The notes below the pieces were generated by a model. The model made no database searches and was not told where the DNA came from. It was given only the letters and a program-made list of their open reading frames with translations. A DNA stretch of 61,339 nucleotides, filler included. It is 3 parts of 3 records of this genome, joined end to end, with 100 filler letters (N's around TTAATTAATTAA, not from the genome) between each part and the next. Parts side by side here need not be neighbours in the genome. Positions count along the whole stretch, not along the records: positions 41,269 to 61,339 come from DRR723986_9947; 2 more parts are not named here. One strand, written 5' to 3'. Of this stretch, positions 41,377 to 53,200 are shown piece by piece; the first letter of the stretch is position 1; every line of letters starts with the position of its first letter. The position numbers and the translations under genes were made by a program.

Positions 41377-42183
41377 TCAAAAGTTGAGCGGTATCTTTTT
41401 GTCAAGATTTAACATAAATTCGTACATGCCGGGGCTTAGAATCTCGCGCTGCACTTCCAGAGACTTAAGCTCCAGCTCGGCAAAATTGGGTGCGTGGCCC
41501 TCATAGTTAAAATCGACCGGGCGCGTGTTAATCTGGTAAAGCGACATGGAAAGTCCAAGCGAAAAAACGATGGAACTGATGCGTCCGGCCATGCGACGGT
41601 TGTTACCGGCCAGTAGATTCACCAAAATGTTAATCGCCAGAACAGCGGCAATAATGAGTGTAATGTCGTAGTTATTCCACCACCAGATTTGGCCTGTGCC
41701 ACCCACGTAGGTTTCGAGCGGCCAGAACAGGTTAACACCACCCCAAACGCTGTGCGGTGTGGGCATATCCTCAAAAATGTGAATCAGGCAGGCCGCGCTG
41801 AAGGCCGCCATTCCAGGACGCCGGCGCCGAAACCACTGGCTGAATCCGCCCTCATCATCGCCGCGCCACGGTTTAACAATATAACGCAGGAGCGTAAACA
41901 AAAGCGGTGCAAGTATGGCAAAGGCCAGCGAATGTGTTAAAGCGTGATGTGAATACCACCAGGTGCCAAAGTAGATTTCGCGCCCCGTGTGCTCCAGGTT
42001 AAACCAGGCACCGATTGTGCCGTCAAATCCGGACCAGAGTGAAATTACGTCAATATCGGGTAAAGCGCCACCCAGGGCGCCCACCGCAATAATACCGGCG
42101 CGTTCGCCAACTGTACGCCCGCTTTTAGCCGCCACGACCGTGGCAATTGCAGCGCCCGAAAGCGTGTGTGAAATTATGTCCAT
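41377..42183 (-). CDS. Membrane-bound metal-dependent hydrolase (YdjM-like)
   Basis: SHTLSG, LPDID, HHALTHS, HIFED and G..LFWP. Confidence 0.85.
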   Translation of the reverse strand: MDIISHTLSGAAIATVVAAKSGRTVGERAGIIAVGALGGALPDIDVISLWSGFDGTIGAWFNLEHTGREIYFGTWWYSHHALTHSLAFAILAPLLFTLLRYIVKPWRGDDEGGFSQWFRRRRPGMAAFSAACLIHIFEDMPTPHSVWGGVNLFWPLETYVGGTGQIWWWNNYDITLIIAAVLAINILVNLLAGNNRRMAGRISSIVFSLGLSMSLYQINTRPVDFNYEGHAPNFAELELKSLEVQREILSPGMYEFMLNLDKKIPLNF

Positions 42184-42258
42184 TACTGCGTTTCTCTTGC
42201 TCCTGCTTTATACTGCATTTAATTACCAGGCGCGCCTGACATAACACAATTGTGATGT

Positions 42259-45234
42259 TCAGGACGGGAACTGGCGAAGATCCTGGTCCTTCCCTGACCG
42301 GTCTTCTGAGTCGTCATCCGTGTCGTCGATATCGTCGATATCGTCGGAATCATCCGAATAGTCGCTTTCGTCGGAATCATCAGACTCCAAAGTCTGCGTG
42401 TGATTGTCTTTCTCCGCCGAACCTTCAGTTTCCTCGGCGGGTTCCGCATCCGCCAATTTACGGCGTAGTTTGTTGTAAAAGAATGAGCCAATGAGTGTTG
42501 AGATACCGATTGCGAGGAATACCAATACTTTGGGAATGGTATCCATGCGTGTGATATCGTAGAAAAACAACTTGAGAATTGTTGAGCCCAGCAGCACAAT
42601 TGCTGCAATCCGAACGTGTTTAAGGCCGCGCGCAGTACCTACTATAATCATGCTCAGTGCGAACAGAGCCCACAGAATTGTTAAGCCAAGTTTGAAGGTG
42701 TGCTCAGAGTTGGCCATCTCCATCCAGGTGATTAACTCGCTACTCGTGCAGATCAGGAGTATAATGCTAACAAAGAGGTGGAACATCACGCGCAAGGTCG
42801 TTAAGTCCTCACTCTCCCCTTTGGCGCGCGCCAAACTTTCTTTGAGAGCTTGCCTTAGAGCGTAAATCAGGCTTGCGAGCAGCGCAAATGACACGTAACG
42901 AACTGCCAGGTACATGAAGTTGTAGTCGGCAACCGCCGGATATGGTTGTAGCTGGAACTGACGCCGTAGGGACTCAAGCTCGCCGAGCCCCAAGCTCAGG
43001 AAGGTCAGAATGGTGACGACACTTGCAACAAGACCAAATACTCTGATGTTGCTATTCTGGAGCTTACGGGTGTTAAACTGCATCAGCGCCAGGATAAAAA
43101 ACATCGTGTAATTCAGCAGCCAGATCGTCGCAAAACTGCGGTAATCACTCAGGCCAATGTGGCCCCCTGCCGTATCCAGCAGAGCTTTCGATCCAGCATA
43201 GAGCTGCCCCCAATACAGGTGAATCTCCAGCGCAAACACAAAATACGTCAGCAGCGCCACCAGCCACGGAAATGCCATATTGACAAATCGCGTGCCGTCA
43301 AACAGTATTTTCTCCGACTCCGCGCGCGGATAACGCTGGTTGATATAACTGATCGCTACGTAGACGAGGGTCAAAAAGAAACCTGTGATAAATGCTGAAT
43401 GCAGCAGCGGCGTCTGCATGGTCGCCGGCGCGGAATCCCAAACCCCGGTATAGGTGGCACTCCATTCCACAAACATCCCCATCAGGCTAAAGGCCATCAG
43501 CGGATAGGAAAATGCTTCCAGCAGCCAACTTTGGCGCGTCCGTCCCAGAAAAAAGAGGATCAGTGCCTGCGCCGTCCAGGCTATCGTAATGTGATTGCCT
43601 TCCAGCTCTATCGGCACGGCAATCGTCACAAAGCCAAGCGCCAGGCCGTAGAGCGCATTTTTCACCAGTTTATCGGCCACACCAAGTTTGATGAGCAGGC
43701 GCACAACACCAAAGTGCAGTAACGCATTAGCAATTGTAAACAGTCCCTGGTATGATTCAGCAGCGACTCTGGAGTCCAGAACCCCCATCATCAGCCCAAA
43801 CAGAACAAAGGCGTTGCTGTACAAGCGCAGGACTTCAAACGTCGTAAAGTAGCCGCCGGAACGCACTTTGTAGCCCAAAATCATCGCATAAAACTGCGCA
43901 AAAAAGATGGGCACAAATGTCATCGCAATGCCGAAGTGTATATCGGCTTCGTACTCAAACAGACACCAGGTAAAGACTATTAACCAGGTGGCGAGTGAGG
44001 TCGTAATCTGCAGCGGTTTCCATTGTTTTTTAACGGCTACCACCAAAATCCCGCTGTTAATGATTGCCATGTAACTGAACAAGAGCAATACATTGCCGGA
44101 CCCGGTACTTAACATAAAGGGTACAAAATAAGCGCCTGCCAAACCAATGTGCGCTATCACCTGCCTGTCAAAGAGGAAAGCGGCGTAGACCGTCAGGACG
44201 GTTATCAGCCACATTAATCCAAAGGTCACCGGCAGCGACATCAGTTCAAATGTCACCCCCGCAGTATAACTCACAAAATACATAACGGCCATCGCCCCGC
44301 TGACGAGGACGGCGGCAAAACTCTGGTAGGATTTGCGCAGGCGCATCCCAAAAGCAGCCAGGCCAATTCCAACGGAATATGCCATCAGGATACGCGCCAG
44401 GGGACTGATCATCTCATTGTCAATCGCGTATTTAACACCGATTCCAACACCGATAATGGTTAACAGTACCCCAACGATGCTGAGGATGTTCTCACCAATA
44501 AACTTTTCGACTGAAGATTTTTTGCGTGGCCCTGATTTGGGACGCGGAGCTTTTTGGCGGCGTTGTGCTTCGCGGGCGGCATTTTCTCTGTAGCGTCTTT
44601 CGCGTTCGTACCGGGCTTGTTGTTGCGGGGTCAACGGTCTTCGCGGCGGTTCTGCCTGGGACTTTTGAGTTGTTTGCTGTGGACCTGGCGGCGGCTGGTT
44701 TGCGCCCGTTTGAGTTGACGCTTTGGCGGCTGTTTGCTGGGGCGCTTTGGGCGCTTGCTCCGTGGTCGGCTGTTGATCAGCCGGGGGTGCCGTCTCCGTC
44801 TGGGATTTCTCTTCCGCCTGCGCGGGCCGTTCCGACTGTGGAGCAGATGCGGCATTCGGCAAGGACTCGGCTTCGGCCTGCTTCTGTTTACGAGATTTCT
44901 CGGCCGCAGCTTTTATCGCGGATTCGGTAAGGTCGGAATCCATATGCCTGGGTGACGTTGACGCGCTTGCGGGGCTGGATGTTTTGCGCTCAGCCGGCGC
45001 TTCAGATTGGGGCTGCTGCTGCGCCTGCTGTTTTTGGGCTGTCGCTGCAGCATCGGGCGGCGGCGTTGTTTTCCCTGCCGGCGATTGCGGATTGGCAATA
45101 TCCTCATCGAGCATGTTGCGCAGGTCACCGAGAATCCCATTCAGATCTTTGTTCAGGTTTTCCTGCTGTTGCAGTGCCTGATTGACCCGCTCACTGAGCA
45201 GCAGTATCGTTTTCCGGTTAAATTTTGACGCCAT
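42259..45234 (-). CDS. DUF2339-like polytopic membrane protein with disordered N-terminus
   Basis: EKFIGEN..S.VG...IGVKYAID...P..R start, about 20 TM segments, KLFFYD near the C-terminus and an acidic tail. Confidence 0.85.
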   Translation of the reverse strand: MASKFNRKTILLLSERVNQALQQQENLNKDLNGILGDLRNMLDEDIANPQSPAGKTTPPPDAAATAQKQQAQQQPQSEAPAERKTSSPASASTSPRHMDSDLTESAIKAAAEKSRKQKQAEAESLPNAASAPQSERPAQAEEKSQTETAPPADQQPTTEQAPKAPQQTAAKASTQTGANQPPPGPQQTTQKSQAEPPRRPLTPQQQARYERERRYRENAAREAQRRQKAPRPKSGPRKKSSVEKFIGENILSIVGVLLTIIGVGIGVKYAIDNEMISPLARILMAYSVGIGLAAFGMRLRKSYQSFAAVLVSGAMAVMYFVSYTAGVTFELMSLPVTFGLMWLITVLTVYAAFLFDRQVIAHIGLAGAYFVPFMLSTGSGNVLLLFSYMAIINSGILVVAVKKQWKPLQITTSLATWLIVFTWCLFEYEADIHFGIAMTFVPIFFAQFYAMILGYKVRSGGYFTTFEVLRLYSNAFVLFGLMMGVLDSRVAAESYQGLFTIANALLHFGVVRLLIKLGVADKLVKNALYGLALGFVTIAVPIELEGNHITIAWTAQALILFFLGRTRQSWLLEAFSYPLMAFSLMGMFVEWSATYTGVWDSAPATMQTPLLHSAFITGFFLTLVYVAISYINQRYPRAESEKILFDGTRFVNMAFPWLVALLTYFVFALEIHLYWGQLYAGSKALLDTAGGHIGLSDYRSFATIWLLNYTMFFILALMQFNTRKLQNSNIRVFGLVASVVTILTFLSLGLGELESLRRQFQLQPYPAVADYNFMYLAVRYVSFALLASLIYALRQALKESLARAKGESEDLTTLRVMFHLFVSIILLICTSSELITWMEMANSEHTFKLGLTILWALFALSMIIVGTARGLKHVRIAAIVLLGSTILKLFFYDITRMDTIPKVLVFLAIGISTLIGSFFYNKLRRKLADAEPAEETEGSAEKDNHTQTLESDDSDESDYSDDSDDIDDIDDTDDDSEDRSGKDQDLRQFPS

Positions 45235-46142
45235 ATCCACCGTCGCTTTGCAAATGTCAGTTTTTCACTCACGACCAATCTACGTATCCCGTACAGTAAT
45301 AGGCCGAGCGGCAATATAGTCATTTCGCACTTAGATGTTTTACTTGTCTGAACAAATGGGCCTTGTGGCGGTGGATTTCATAAAAAAAGAAGCTTGAGCG
45401 TCGCGCCCCTTGCCAGGCTGCGTGGCTAACTCTTTGATAATTTTGTTAGTTGTTGGGAGGTCGGATTGGAGCAGTTGAGTCTGTGTCGAGACACGGAGAC
45501 TTGGATGTTGGGGGCGTTGTGTTGACCGTTGAGGCGTGGTGACTTGAGTTTTTGAGGATTTGGGTTTTGAGCCACCAGCCACCAGCTGTGAGCCTTGCAG
45601 CTAAAAGACTTGCCGTTCAGACTCGCAGATGCTGCGTTGAGTCTCGCAGGCTGGACTCTGAGACTGTTTGACTTGATTCTCTCAGAATTCGAGTTGTCCA
45701 CATGCCGCGCGCCGCAGCAAATGTCACGGTCGCCATAAAGAGCCGGCCCCCACAGCCCAATGCCCAAGCCAGGAACAGACTGTTAATCAGCGCAAATCCA
45801 CAAGAAATCAACACATCAGCACTTGAGAACTGACTCTATTCCGTCACGGCCAAACAAGTGACTCTGTTTCCAGCACGCAGCGCTTGCGGCGCGAATATTT
45901 GTGATGGACCAAATGACTTTGGACTCGAATCTCGGCGATGTACTGAATTTCTTGACGTTGAAAATTCGGTGACTAACAAGAAACTCATAAGAGCCTGAGG
46001 AGCCCGCAATGCGGTGCTGCTCAAAGCGATCAGTAATTTACAATGCGCGCCAAAACGGCAAAATGTTAATCAGAAAGTGCCGCTACGAGTTAAACAACTC
46101 ATGCAATTGCAAGTGAGAATATTAAACAAAATTACCACATAC

Positions 46143-46171
46143 AAAAACGGGCCGCACTAAGTACGACCCGT
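46143..46171 (-). terminator. Rho-independent terminator of the NRPS/PKS operon
   Basis: Minus strand ACGGGTCGTAC-tta-GTGCGGCCCGT-TTTT, about 30 bp after the PKS stop. Confidence 0.75.
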
Positions 46172-46201
46172 AAATTGCATTACTTTGAACAGAGCTGGAA
46201 C

Positions 46202-49200
46202 TTATAATTCCAGAATCTCCAGATCGCCGTCGGAGCCGGCGGCATTTGTGGCGGTGTCCAGACGCAGATCGCCAATATTGGGAGTGCCGGCCGTAATGAT
46301 ATCCACCAAACGTTTAAAGTCCTCTACCAGCTGTCCGATGCTTTCCGGCGTGAACAGGCTGGTGGCGTACTGCACGTCAACTGTTAAGCCATTTTCGCCC
46401 TCCGCAAAAATAAGCGTCAGGTCGTAACGTGCCGTGGTTGGTGCTATCGGGAATGCGCGCAACTCCAATTCGTCGGGCGCACGCACACCTTCGCCCGCAG
46501 CTGCGCCGGTGTTAACACCTGTAATATTGTACATGTGCAGCACCGAATCGAACAGCGGATGCCGCTCTTCCTTACGCGACATGTTTAAGTCGTCCACGAG
46601 CGTTTCGAAGGGATAATCCTGATTGTCAAACGCTTCCAGCGCACGGCGGCGTATTAGCGCGAGCACATCGCTGAACTGCATATCGGCCGTGATGTGACTG
46701 CGAATAGCCAGCATACTTGCAAACATGCCTGGAATATTTTCCAGCTCAACGCGCTGACGGCCCGCAATTGGCGTACCAACAATTACCTGTGGATTACCGC
46801 TGCGAACGGCCAACAGAGTATGATACACAGCCATCAGAGTCATAAACATGGTTGTGCTGTTTTTGCGGCCCAGCTCCTGCAGTGCGCGCGTGCGCTCCAG
46901 ACCGATCTCAAAGCTGAGGTTAGCCCCGGCAAAACTACGCGGTGCCGGACGTTTAAAGTCGGTGTTTAACACAGCACTTTGAGGTTTATCCTTAAACAGT
47001 TCATGCCAATACTTAGCTTGTTTAAGTCCCTGTTCTTCTTGCAGAAAAGCCTGCTGCCAAACTGCAAAATCCTTAAAGTGAATTGCGAGCCCGGGCAACT
47101 CGTGTTTGTGATACAAGGCGTAAAAGTCGCCCAGGAACGGCGCCGAGGACGCACCGTCAAAGACGATGTGATGCATGTCGTACAACAAGAAATGAAACTC
47201 GGGGTTAACCTGCACAAGCAGGACACGCAAGAGCGGCGCCTGACTAATGTCAAATGCCCGAATAAAATCCTGCGCAATTTCGGCGAGTTCGGACTCGCGC
47301 GCGTGACGCCGTTCTACCTTCAATTCTACCTGTGCATGAATCTTTTGCATCGCGCGCCCATCAACCATGTGGAAGCTGGTGCGGAACGATTCGTGGCGTT
47401 CAACCATGCCGCGGAAACACTCTTCAACGCGCTCGGCATCCAGTTTGCCGTAAATTTTAAGAGCTGAAGGCACGTTAAGTGTTAAGTCGTCGTCCGCCAT
47501 CTGATCGGTAAAAATGCGCATGCCTTCCTGGCTGCTGGAGATCGGATAATACTCAGCTTTTTCGGCCGGTTCGATCGGCGTGTAACGCTCGGTGCGCCCT
47601 TCGCGCACAATATTATCGACGCCGCGCGCCAGCGAGCGAATTGTACTGAAGGTGAAGATGTCCTTAACATACAGCTTAATATTCCAGAGCTGCTCTATGC
47701 GGTTTGCGACCATTGTGCCGAAGAGCGAGTGGCCGCCGAGGCTGAAGAAATCATCGTCCAAACCAATATTCTCACGCTGCAGCAGGGCGCGCCAGATTTC
47801 CGCGACCTTGCGTTCGGTGTCGGACCAGTCGGATTCATCAACGGCGGTGAGGTCGGCATTCTCCGCTCCGTCTTGATCAACCTGGCTGGGCGTGCTTGCT
47901 GTTGTATTCGCTTCTGCCTTTCTACCGTTCGCATTACCATTTGCATGAACTCTTTCATCCGTGTTCGCTGCCGACTGCGGGTTTGCGGCTCCGTTAACTG
48001 CAGCAGCCTGCATTTCCATCCAGCGCTCGTAATCTGCGTCGCTGTAAGGCTCGCGGTACCAGCATGAAACTTTCTCGAACTGATAAGCCGGCAAGTCGAT
48101 GCGACGTCCGCCCTGCAGTTTGTGGAAGGCATTCCAATCCGGCGAGTAGCCGGCTTCGTATAGCTGGCGCAGCAGGTCCAGATAATCTTGCGTGCCGGTC
48201 TGTTTAATCAAACTGAAATAGAGTTCTGCGTCCGGCATTGTAATATTTGCCAGTGTTTCGCCCAGAATTCCGCCACGTGTTAACTCTACGAGGCCAACGC
48301 GCTCATGTGCACCTTCGCTCTCAACAAAGGCGCGCAGTTTGACTGCCAGGTCCTGCGGCACAAGTGGGACGGCATTGGAGGCCATTTGCAGCGCGGTGGA
48401 GAAGTCAATTTCTTCCAGGACGTAGTTAACAGCAATCTCGCCGACACCAACACCGAGCAAGTTATGCGGATGCACACCACAGGCGCGCATCAGCTTGTAA
48501 TTGGCGATCAGGCCGAGCAGCTGTTTAACCTGGGGTGAATCCTGCTGGGCGGCATTCACCTTGTTTAACAGCTGACTATATGTCTCAGCAAAATGCGGGA
48601 AGCGCGCCTGCATTGCCTGCATCCAGCTTTCAAACTGTGCGGCTGAGTCACTTGCGTCGGCGGGCAGCGAGAGTAAAAAGATGACGTTTTTAAGAGTAGC
48701 CTGCGCCGGTGAGCTGTCGGTCTGCTCAGCTGCAGCGGCAACTTGTTGCTGCAGGTCCTGGGCATCGCGGACTACAAATGCGGCGCGATGGTTAAAATGG
48801 CTGCGGCCCGTGTTAAGTGTGCGCGCTATGTCCTGAATTTCGAGATCGGTTTGCTCACCCAGGAACTTGGCTGTTGCCGCCATGTTGGCGCGCAGTCCTG
48901 CAGCGCGCTTGGAACTAAAACTGACCAGCGTTGGAGCCGCGGCGCGGAAAACTTCCGACGGCTGCGGCGCTTCTTCCAGCAGAACGTGCACGTTGTTGCC
49001 TGCAAAGCCATAAGAAGAGACGGCGGCGCGGCGGACTCCCGAATGCGGATTATCCCACTCGCGTAACTCCGTGTTAACAAATGCAGCTGAATCATCAAAG
49101 TTGATAAACGGATTGGGCTTGGTGAAGTGCAGCGAAGGAAACAGTTGGCGCTTGCGCAGCGCCAGAACCGCTTTGCTGAGGCCCGAGAGCCCGGCAACCT

Positions 49201-50230
49201 GATCGGTATGCCCAATGTTGGTTTTAACGCTGGAGACACCGCAGAAATGATTATCGCTACTGAATTCGCGCAGCGCCAGGTTCAGGCCTTTAATCTCTAT
49301 CGGATCGCCCAGCTGCGTGCCGCTGCCGTGCGCCTCAAAATATTCGATGCCGCGCGGATCAATGCCTGCGCGTTTCCAGGTGTCGATTAACAATCGCGAC
49401 TGCGCCAGGCTGCTGGTAGCCGTCAGGCTGGCGGATGTCTGGCCCGAAGAATTATTTCCGGCGGCCGTAATTACCGCCTGGATTGGATCACCATCGGCCA
49501 GTGCGCGGTCAAGCGGCTTAAGTAATACTGAGACGACGGCCTCAGCGCTACCGGAACCTGTTGAGTCGGCGTTAAAACTACGCGTACGACCGTCATGTGA
49601 AGTCACGCCGACATCGACAAAATTGCGTTTGGGGTGGATATGCAGAACTATGCGCGCACCAAGCACCAGCGCGGTGTCCACGCGTCCCAGCTGCAATTGA
49701 TCGACCGCCATGTTAACACCCATCAGCCCGGACGAACAGCCGGTATCCACCAGCATCGTGGGCCCCTGCATGTTAAAGAAACGCGCTATGCGTCCGGCAA
49801 CGGCAAACTGTGTGTTACCGCTGATCATATGCGTTTCTGCAGCCGTCAAATGCTGCTGATACTCATAAGTCGCGTTGGTGACAATCACGGCCGTGCGACT
49901 TTCGTGAAAGTGTTCGGCCGGGTAAGCTGAACTTTCGATAGCTTCCCAGGCCAACTCCATCATCAGGCGTTGATGTGGATCCATGCCCTGCGCTTCGCGC
50001 AGTGAAATGTTAAAGAAGCGATGGTCAAAGGTGTCGACGGATTGGATCCGCCCCATGTCCATAGCTTCTTCTTCCAGAAACGGCAGTGTAGAGTTCTTGA
50101 ACCGTTCTTTGCTGACCGGCGCAATGCAGTCGCGTCCGTCGCGCAGTACCTGGTGAAATTCGTTCAGGTTGTTGGCACCGGGGAATCTTCCGGCCAGTCC
50201 GATGATGGCAATCGGCATTGTCTGACTCAT
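46202..50230 (-). CDS. Hybrid PKS-NRPS: KS - degenerate AT - carrier - terminal condensation domain
   Basis: KS triad DTGCSS / EAHGSGT / NIGH; AT-like region with LLGVGVGEIA in place of GHSxG; FFSLGGHSL; HHIVFDG; no TE or R domain. Confidence 0.92.
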   Translation of the reverse strand: MSQTMPIAIIGLAGRFPGANNLNEFHQVLRDGRDCIAPVSKERFKNSTLPFLEEEAMDMGRIQSVDTFDHRFFNISLREAQGMDPHQRLMMELAWEAIESSAYPAEHFHESRTAVIVTNATYEYQQHLTAAETHMISGNTQFAVAGRIARFFNMQGPTMLVDTGCSSGLMGVNMAVDQLQLGRVDTALVLGARIVLHIHPKRNFVDVGVTSHDGRTRSFNADSTGSGSAEAVVSVLLKPLDRALADGDPIQAVITAAGNNSSGQTSASLTATSSLAQSRLLIDTWKRAGIDPRGIEYFEAHGSGTQLGDPIEIKGLNLALREFSSDNHFCGVSSVKTNIGHTDQVAGLSGLSKAVLALRKRQLFPSLHFTKPNPFINFDDSAAFVNTELREWDNPHSGVRRAAVSSYGFAGNNVHVLLEEAPQPSEVFRAAAPTLVSFSSKRAAGLRANMAATAKFLGEQTDLEIQDIARTLNTGRSHFNHRAAFVVRDAQDLQQQVAAAAEQTDSSPAQATLKNVIFLLSLPADASDSAAQFESWMQAMQARFPHFAETYSQLLNKVNAAQQDSPQVKQLLGLIANYKLMRACGVHPHNLLGVGVGEIAVNYVLEEIDFSTALQMASNAVPLVPQDLAVKLRAFVESEGAHERVGLVELTRGGILGETLANITMPDAELYFSLIKQTGTQDYLDLLRQLYEAGYSPDWNAFHKLQGGRRIDLPAYQFEKVSCWYREPYSDADYERWMEMQAAAVNGAANPQSAANTDERVHANGNANGRKAEANTTASTPSQVDQDGAENADLTAVDESDWSDTERKVAEIWRALLQRENIGLDDDFFSLGGHSLFGTMVANRIEQLWNIKLYVKDIFTFSTIRSLARGVDNIVREGRTERYTPIEPAEKAEYYPISSSQEGMRIFTDQMADDDLTLNVPSALKIYGKLDAERVEECFRGMVERHESFRTSFHMVDGRAMQKIHAQVELKVERRHARESELAEIAQDFIRAFDISQAPLLRVLLVQVNPEFHFLLYDMHHIVFDGASSAPFLGDFYALYHKHELPGLAIHFKDFAVWQQAFLQEEQGLKQAKYWHELFKDKPQSAVLNTDFKRPAPRSFAGANLSFEIGLERTRALQELGRKNSTTMFMTLMAVYHTLLAVRSGNPQVIVGTPIAGRQRVELENIPGMFASMLAIRSHITADMQFSDVLALIRRRALEAFDNQDYPFETLVDDLNMSRKEERHPLFDSVLHMYNITGVNTGAAAGEGVRAPDELELRAFPIAPTTARYDLTLIFAEGENGLTVDVQYATSLFTPESIGQLVEDFKRLVDIITAGTPNIGDLRLDTATNAAGSDGDLEILEL

Positions 50231-50257
50231 ACAAAGCTCCTGCTTGCAGCAAGCAAA

Positions 50258-53200
50258 TTACAAACTGATTTTGCCAATCCGTTGTTTGGATGGCTGGTTC
50301 GTGTTTTCTTGGTTAACCGCTGAGGCGGAATGATTTGAATCCTGCGTTGCATTTACGGCTTCAGCCTGTAAACGCACCGTATTTTTGTCGAACATATCGG
50401 CCACGTCAAACACGCCCGGGAATGCAGATTGCAAACGTGTTAACAATGCAATACTCTTGAGCGAGTTTCCGCCCTGGTCGAAGAAGTTGGCATGCACGTC
50501 GGGCTCAGCAAAGTCAATCGTTGCCTGCCAGATAGACACAATCCGGCGTTCCAGATCGTTAGCTGGTGCGGTGCGCTCGGCACCGGATGCGACTGACTGT
50601 TCGTCTGCATGACGAAGCGCTTTGTAGTTAACTTTTCCATTGGGCAGACGCGCCAATGCATCTGTTAGGTGAAGTTTATGCGGCTGCATGTGTGCCGGCA
50701 TCTGCGCACGCATGAATTCGCGTAGTTCGCGACGTGTTTGTGCATCGGGCTCTCTATCTGCCTTCAGCTCGGCATAAGCATGTAATTGCGGTCCCGCCGG
50801 CTGCCGCCACAGTTTAACAGCCGCACGTTCCACGGCGGGATGATTAAACAAACAACGTTCAATTTCACCTAGCTCAATGCGGAAGCCGCGAATCTTAACC
50901 TGATCATCGCTGCGCCCTACAAACTGTAAATTTCCATTGGCTAATATGCGCGCGTGGTCGCCGCTGCGATACATGCGTGCACCGGGAATACTCGAATATG
51001 GGTCCGGCACAAACGCCCAGGCCGTTGTTGCCGGACGCTTGTGATATCCGCGCGCCAGCTGCGGACCACTGATCCACAGGTCTCCAATGCTTCCAGGAGG
51101 CACGGGCCGTCCAGCGGCATCCAGCAGGTATATTTGCGTTCGTCCCACGGGTAGCCCGATTGGCACTGTGCCGCGCGTTGGCTGTGCCGCGCAGTCTACA
51201 ACATCTATCGTAGCGCTGATAGTCGTTTCGGTCGGCCCGTAACAGTTAAACAGTTCGCAGTGCGGCAGGCGCGCAGCAAATTGTGTAACGCCGGGCCGCT
51301 GTCCGGCTTCGCCGCCCATCACGACGCGGCGTAAATTGGGCAGGGTAATTTTTGTGTCGCCGGCGGCCATCCATTCCTGCCAGAAGGCGGTCGTCATCGA
51401 CGCTACACTTATCGACTGCTGCGCCAGGAAGGCCTCATATGCACCGAAGTCGCCCATGTCCGCGGTCTGCGGCAGTACAATTACCGCGCCGGCACAGAGC
51501 GGCGCAAACAACTCTTCAATCGCGGCATCGAAGTTAATCGAGGTGAACTGTGCGTAGCGATCGCTTGAGTCTAACTGACTCAGCATCTGAAAAGCCTGCA
51601 GGTACTCCGCCATCGCCGCTTGTGTGATGACCACGCCCTTGGGTCTACCGGTCGAACCCGAAGTGTAGATCACATAAGCGGCCTGTTCTGGGCTGATTTC
51701 CACGTGAGTAAATTGTGGAGCGTCTGAATTCACATCCGCAGAAGTTTTTTCCGGGAGCTGATCAATGCGTATGCTCGGCCGGCCGGCAAACACCTCCGCA
51801 TCGGCGCTGGAGGCATCGAGCAGCACAAGCTGCGGCGCAGTATCGGCCAACATCATTTTTAGGCGCTCAGCCGGATAGGCAATATCCAGGGGCACAAAAG
51901 CCGCTCCACAACGCAGAACCGCAAGTAATGCGGCCGGAAGTACAACCGTACGCGCCAGGGCAATGCCTACAAAGTCTCCGGGCCCGACCCCGCGCGCCTG
52001 CAGGTGCGCTGCCAGTTTACGGCTATAGTCATCCAGCTCTGTGTATGTTAAACAGGCATCCGCTGAATCAAGCGCCGGCCGCGAGCCATGCATGGCAGCA
52101 GTCTGCTCAAAGACTGCGGTAAACAAGTCTGCAGGTTGGTCTGCCACCGGGCCATCTGACGCAAGAACTGCGGACTCAGCGGCGCTGAGCGCGTGGATTG
52201 TCGCGAGGGGCCTGTCCAGATTTTGGCTGAGCTGCTCAAGTAGCGCTACAAACCTGCGGCCCATGTTCTCGACACTTGAATGCTCAAACAGATCGCTGTT
52301 GTATTCAATGATTGCACGCATGCCGCGCGCGTCTTCGGCCATTGACAGTGAGAGTTCGAACTTGGCGACATCAAACTCGGCCTCAAGCATGCTTATGTTA
52401 AGTTCGGAGAGTGCGAGCGGTGCCATCGGCGCATTCTGTACGTCGAACATTACCTGCACCAGTGGACTGCGCCCGGCCGGGCGTTCCACGTCGAGTAATT
52501 CCAGCAGTTCGTCAAATGGCAGGTCCTGATTTGAGTAGGCCTGCAGACAGCTCTGCATGACCGACTGCATGAACTCCCGCACCGTAGCGCCACTCTCTTG
52601 TTTAACACGCAGGACTAATGTGTTAACAAAAAAGCCCATCACCGATTCAAATTCGGGGCGGTTGCGGTTGGCAATCGGTGCGGCTATCAGTACATCCTCG
52701 GAGTGCGCGTGGCGCCCCAACAGCAGTCCCCAGGCTGCCAGGTATGTCATGAAAGTTGTGGCACCCAAGTCTTTGCCGAGCTGCTCCCAGCGCGCCTGCA
52801 AGTCTGGAGAAATCGTCAGGTCTACATGCCCACCGCTAAAAGTCTGTACAGCTGGGTAATCGTGATCCGTAGGCAGATGCAATAGCGTCGGTGCGCCCTG
52901 CAGCGCCGATGTCCAATATTCGCGTTGTTGATCCAGGCCGCCAGCCGCGCGCCAGGCACGCTGCCAGACCGCAATATCGGCGTACTGTAACTGTTCGCGG
53001 TTTAGTGCATGTTCGCCGCCATAAAATCGAACCAGGTCATTAACAAATATGTTAAACGACCAGGCATCTCCGGCGATGTGATGCACATTAACAATCAGCA
53101 GGTATTCGCCGGACGGATCAATGGTACCGGCGTCCTGTGCGGCATGCTGTAGAACAATTAACATGCAGCGCAGCGGATGTTCTTCTGCCAGCTTAAAGGC

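Noticed and set aside
42310-42390. 9-bp GAT/GAC-type repeats
   Set aside because: They simply encode the Asp/Ser-rich tail of the DUF2339 protein.
45340-46024. Short ORFs as RiPP precursors or small proteins
   Set aside because: No leader/core pattern, no clear RBS and no maturase genes nearby.
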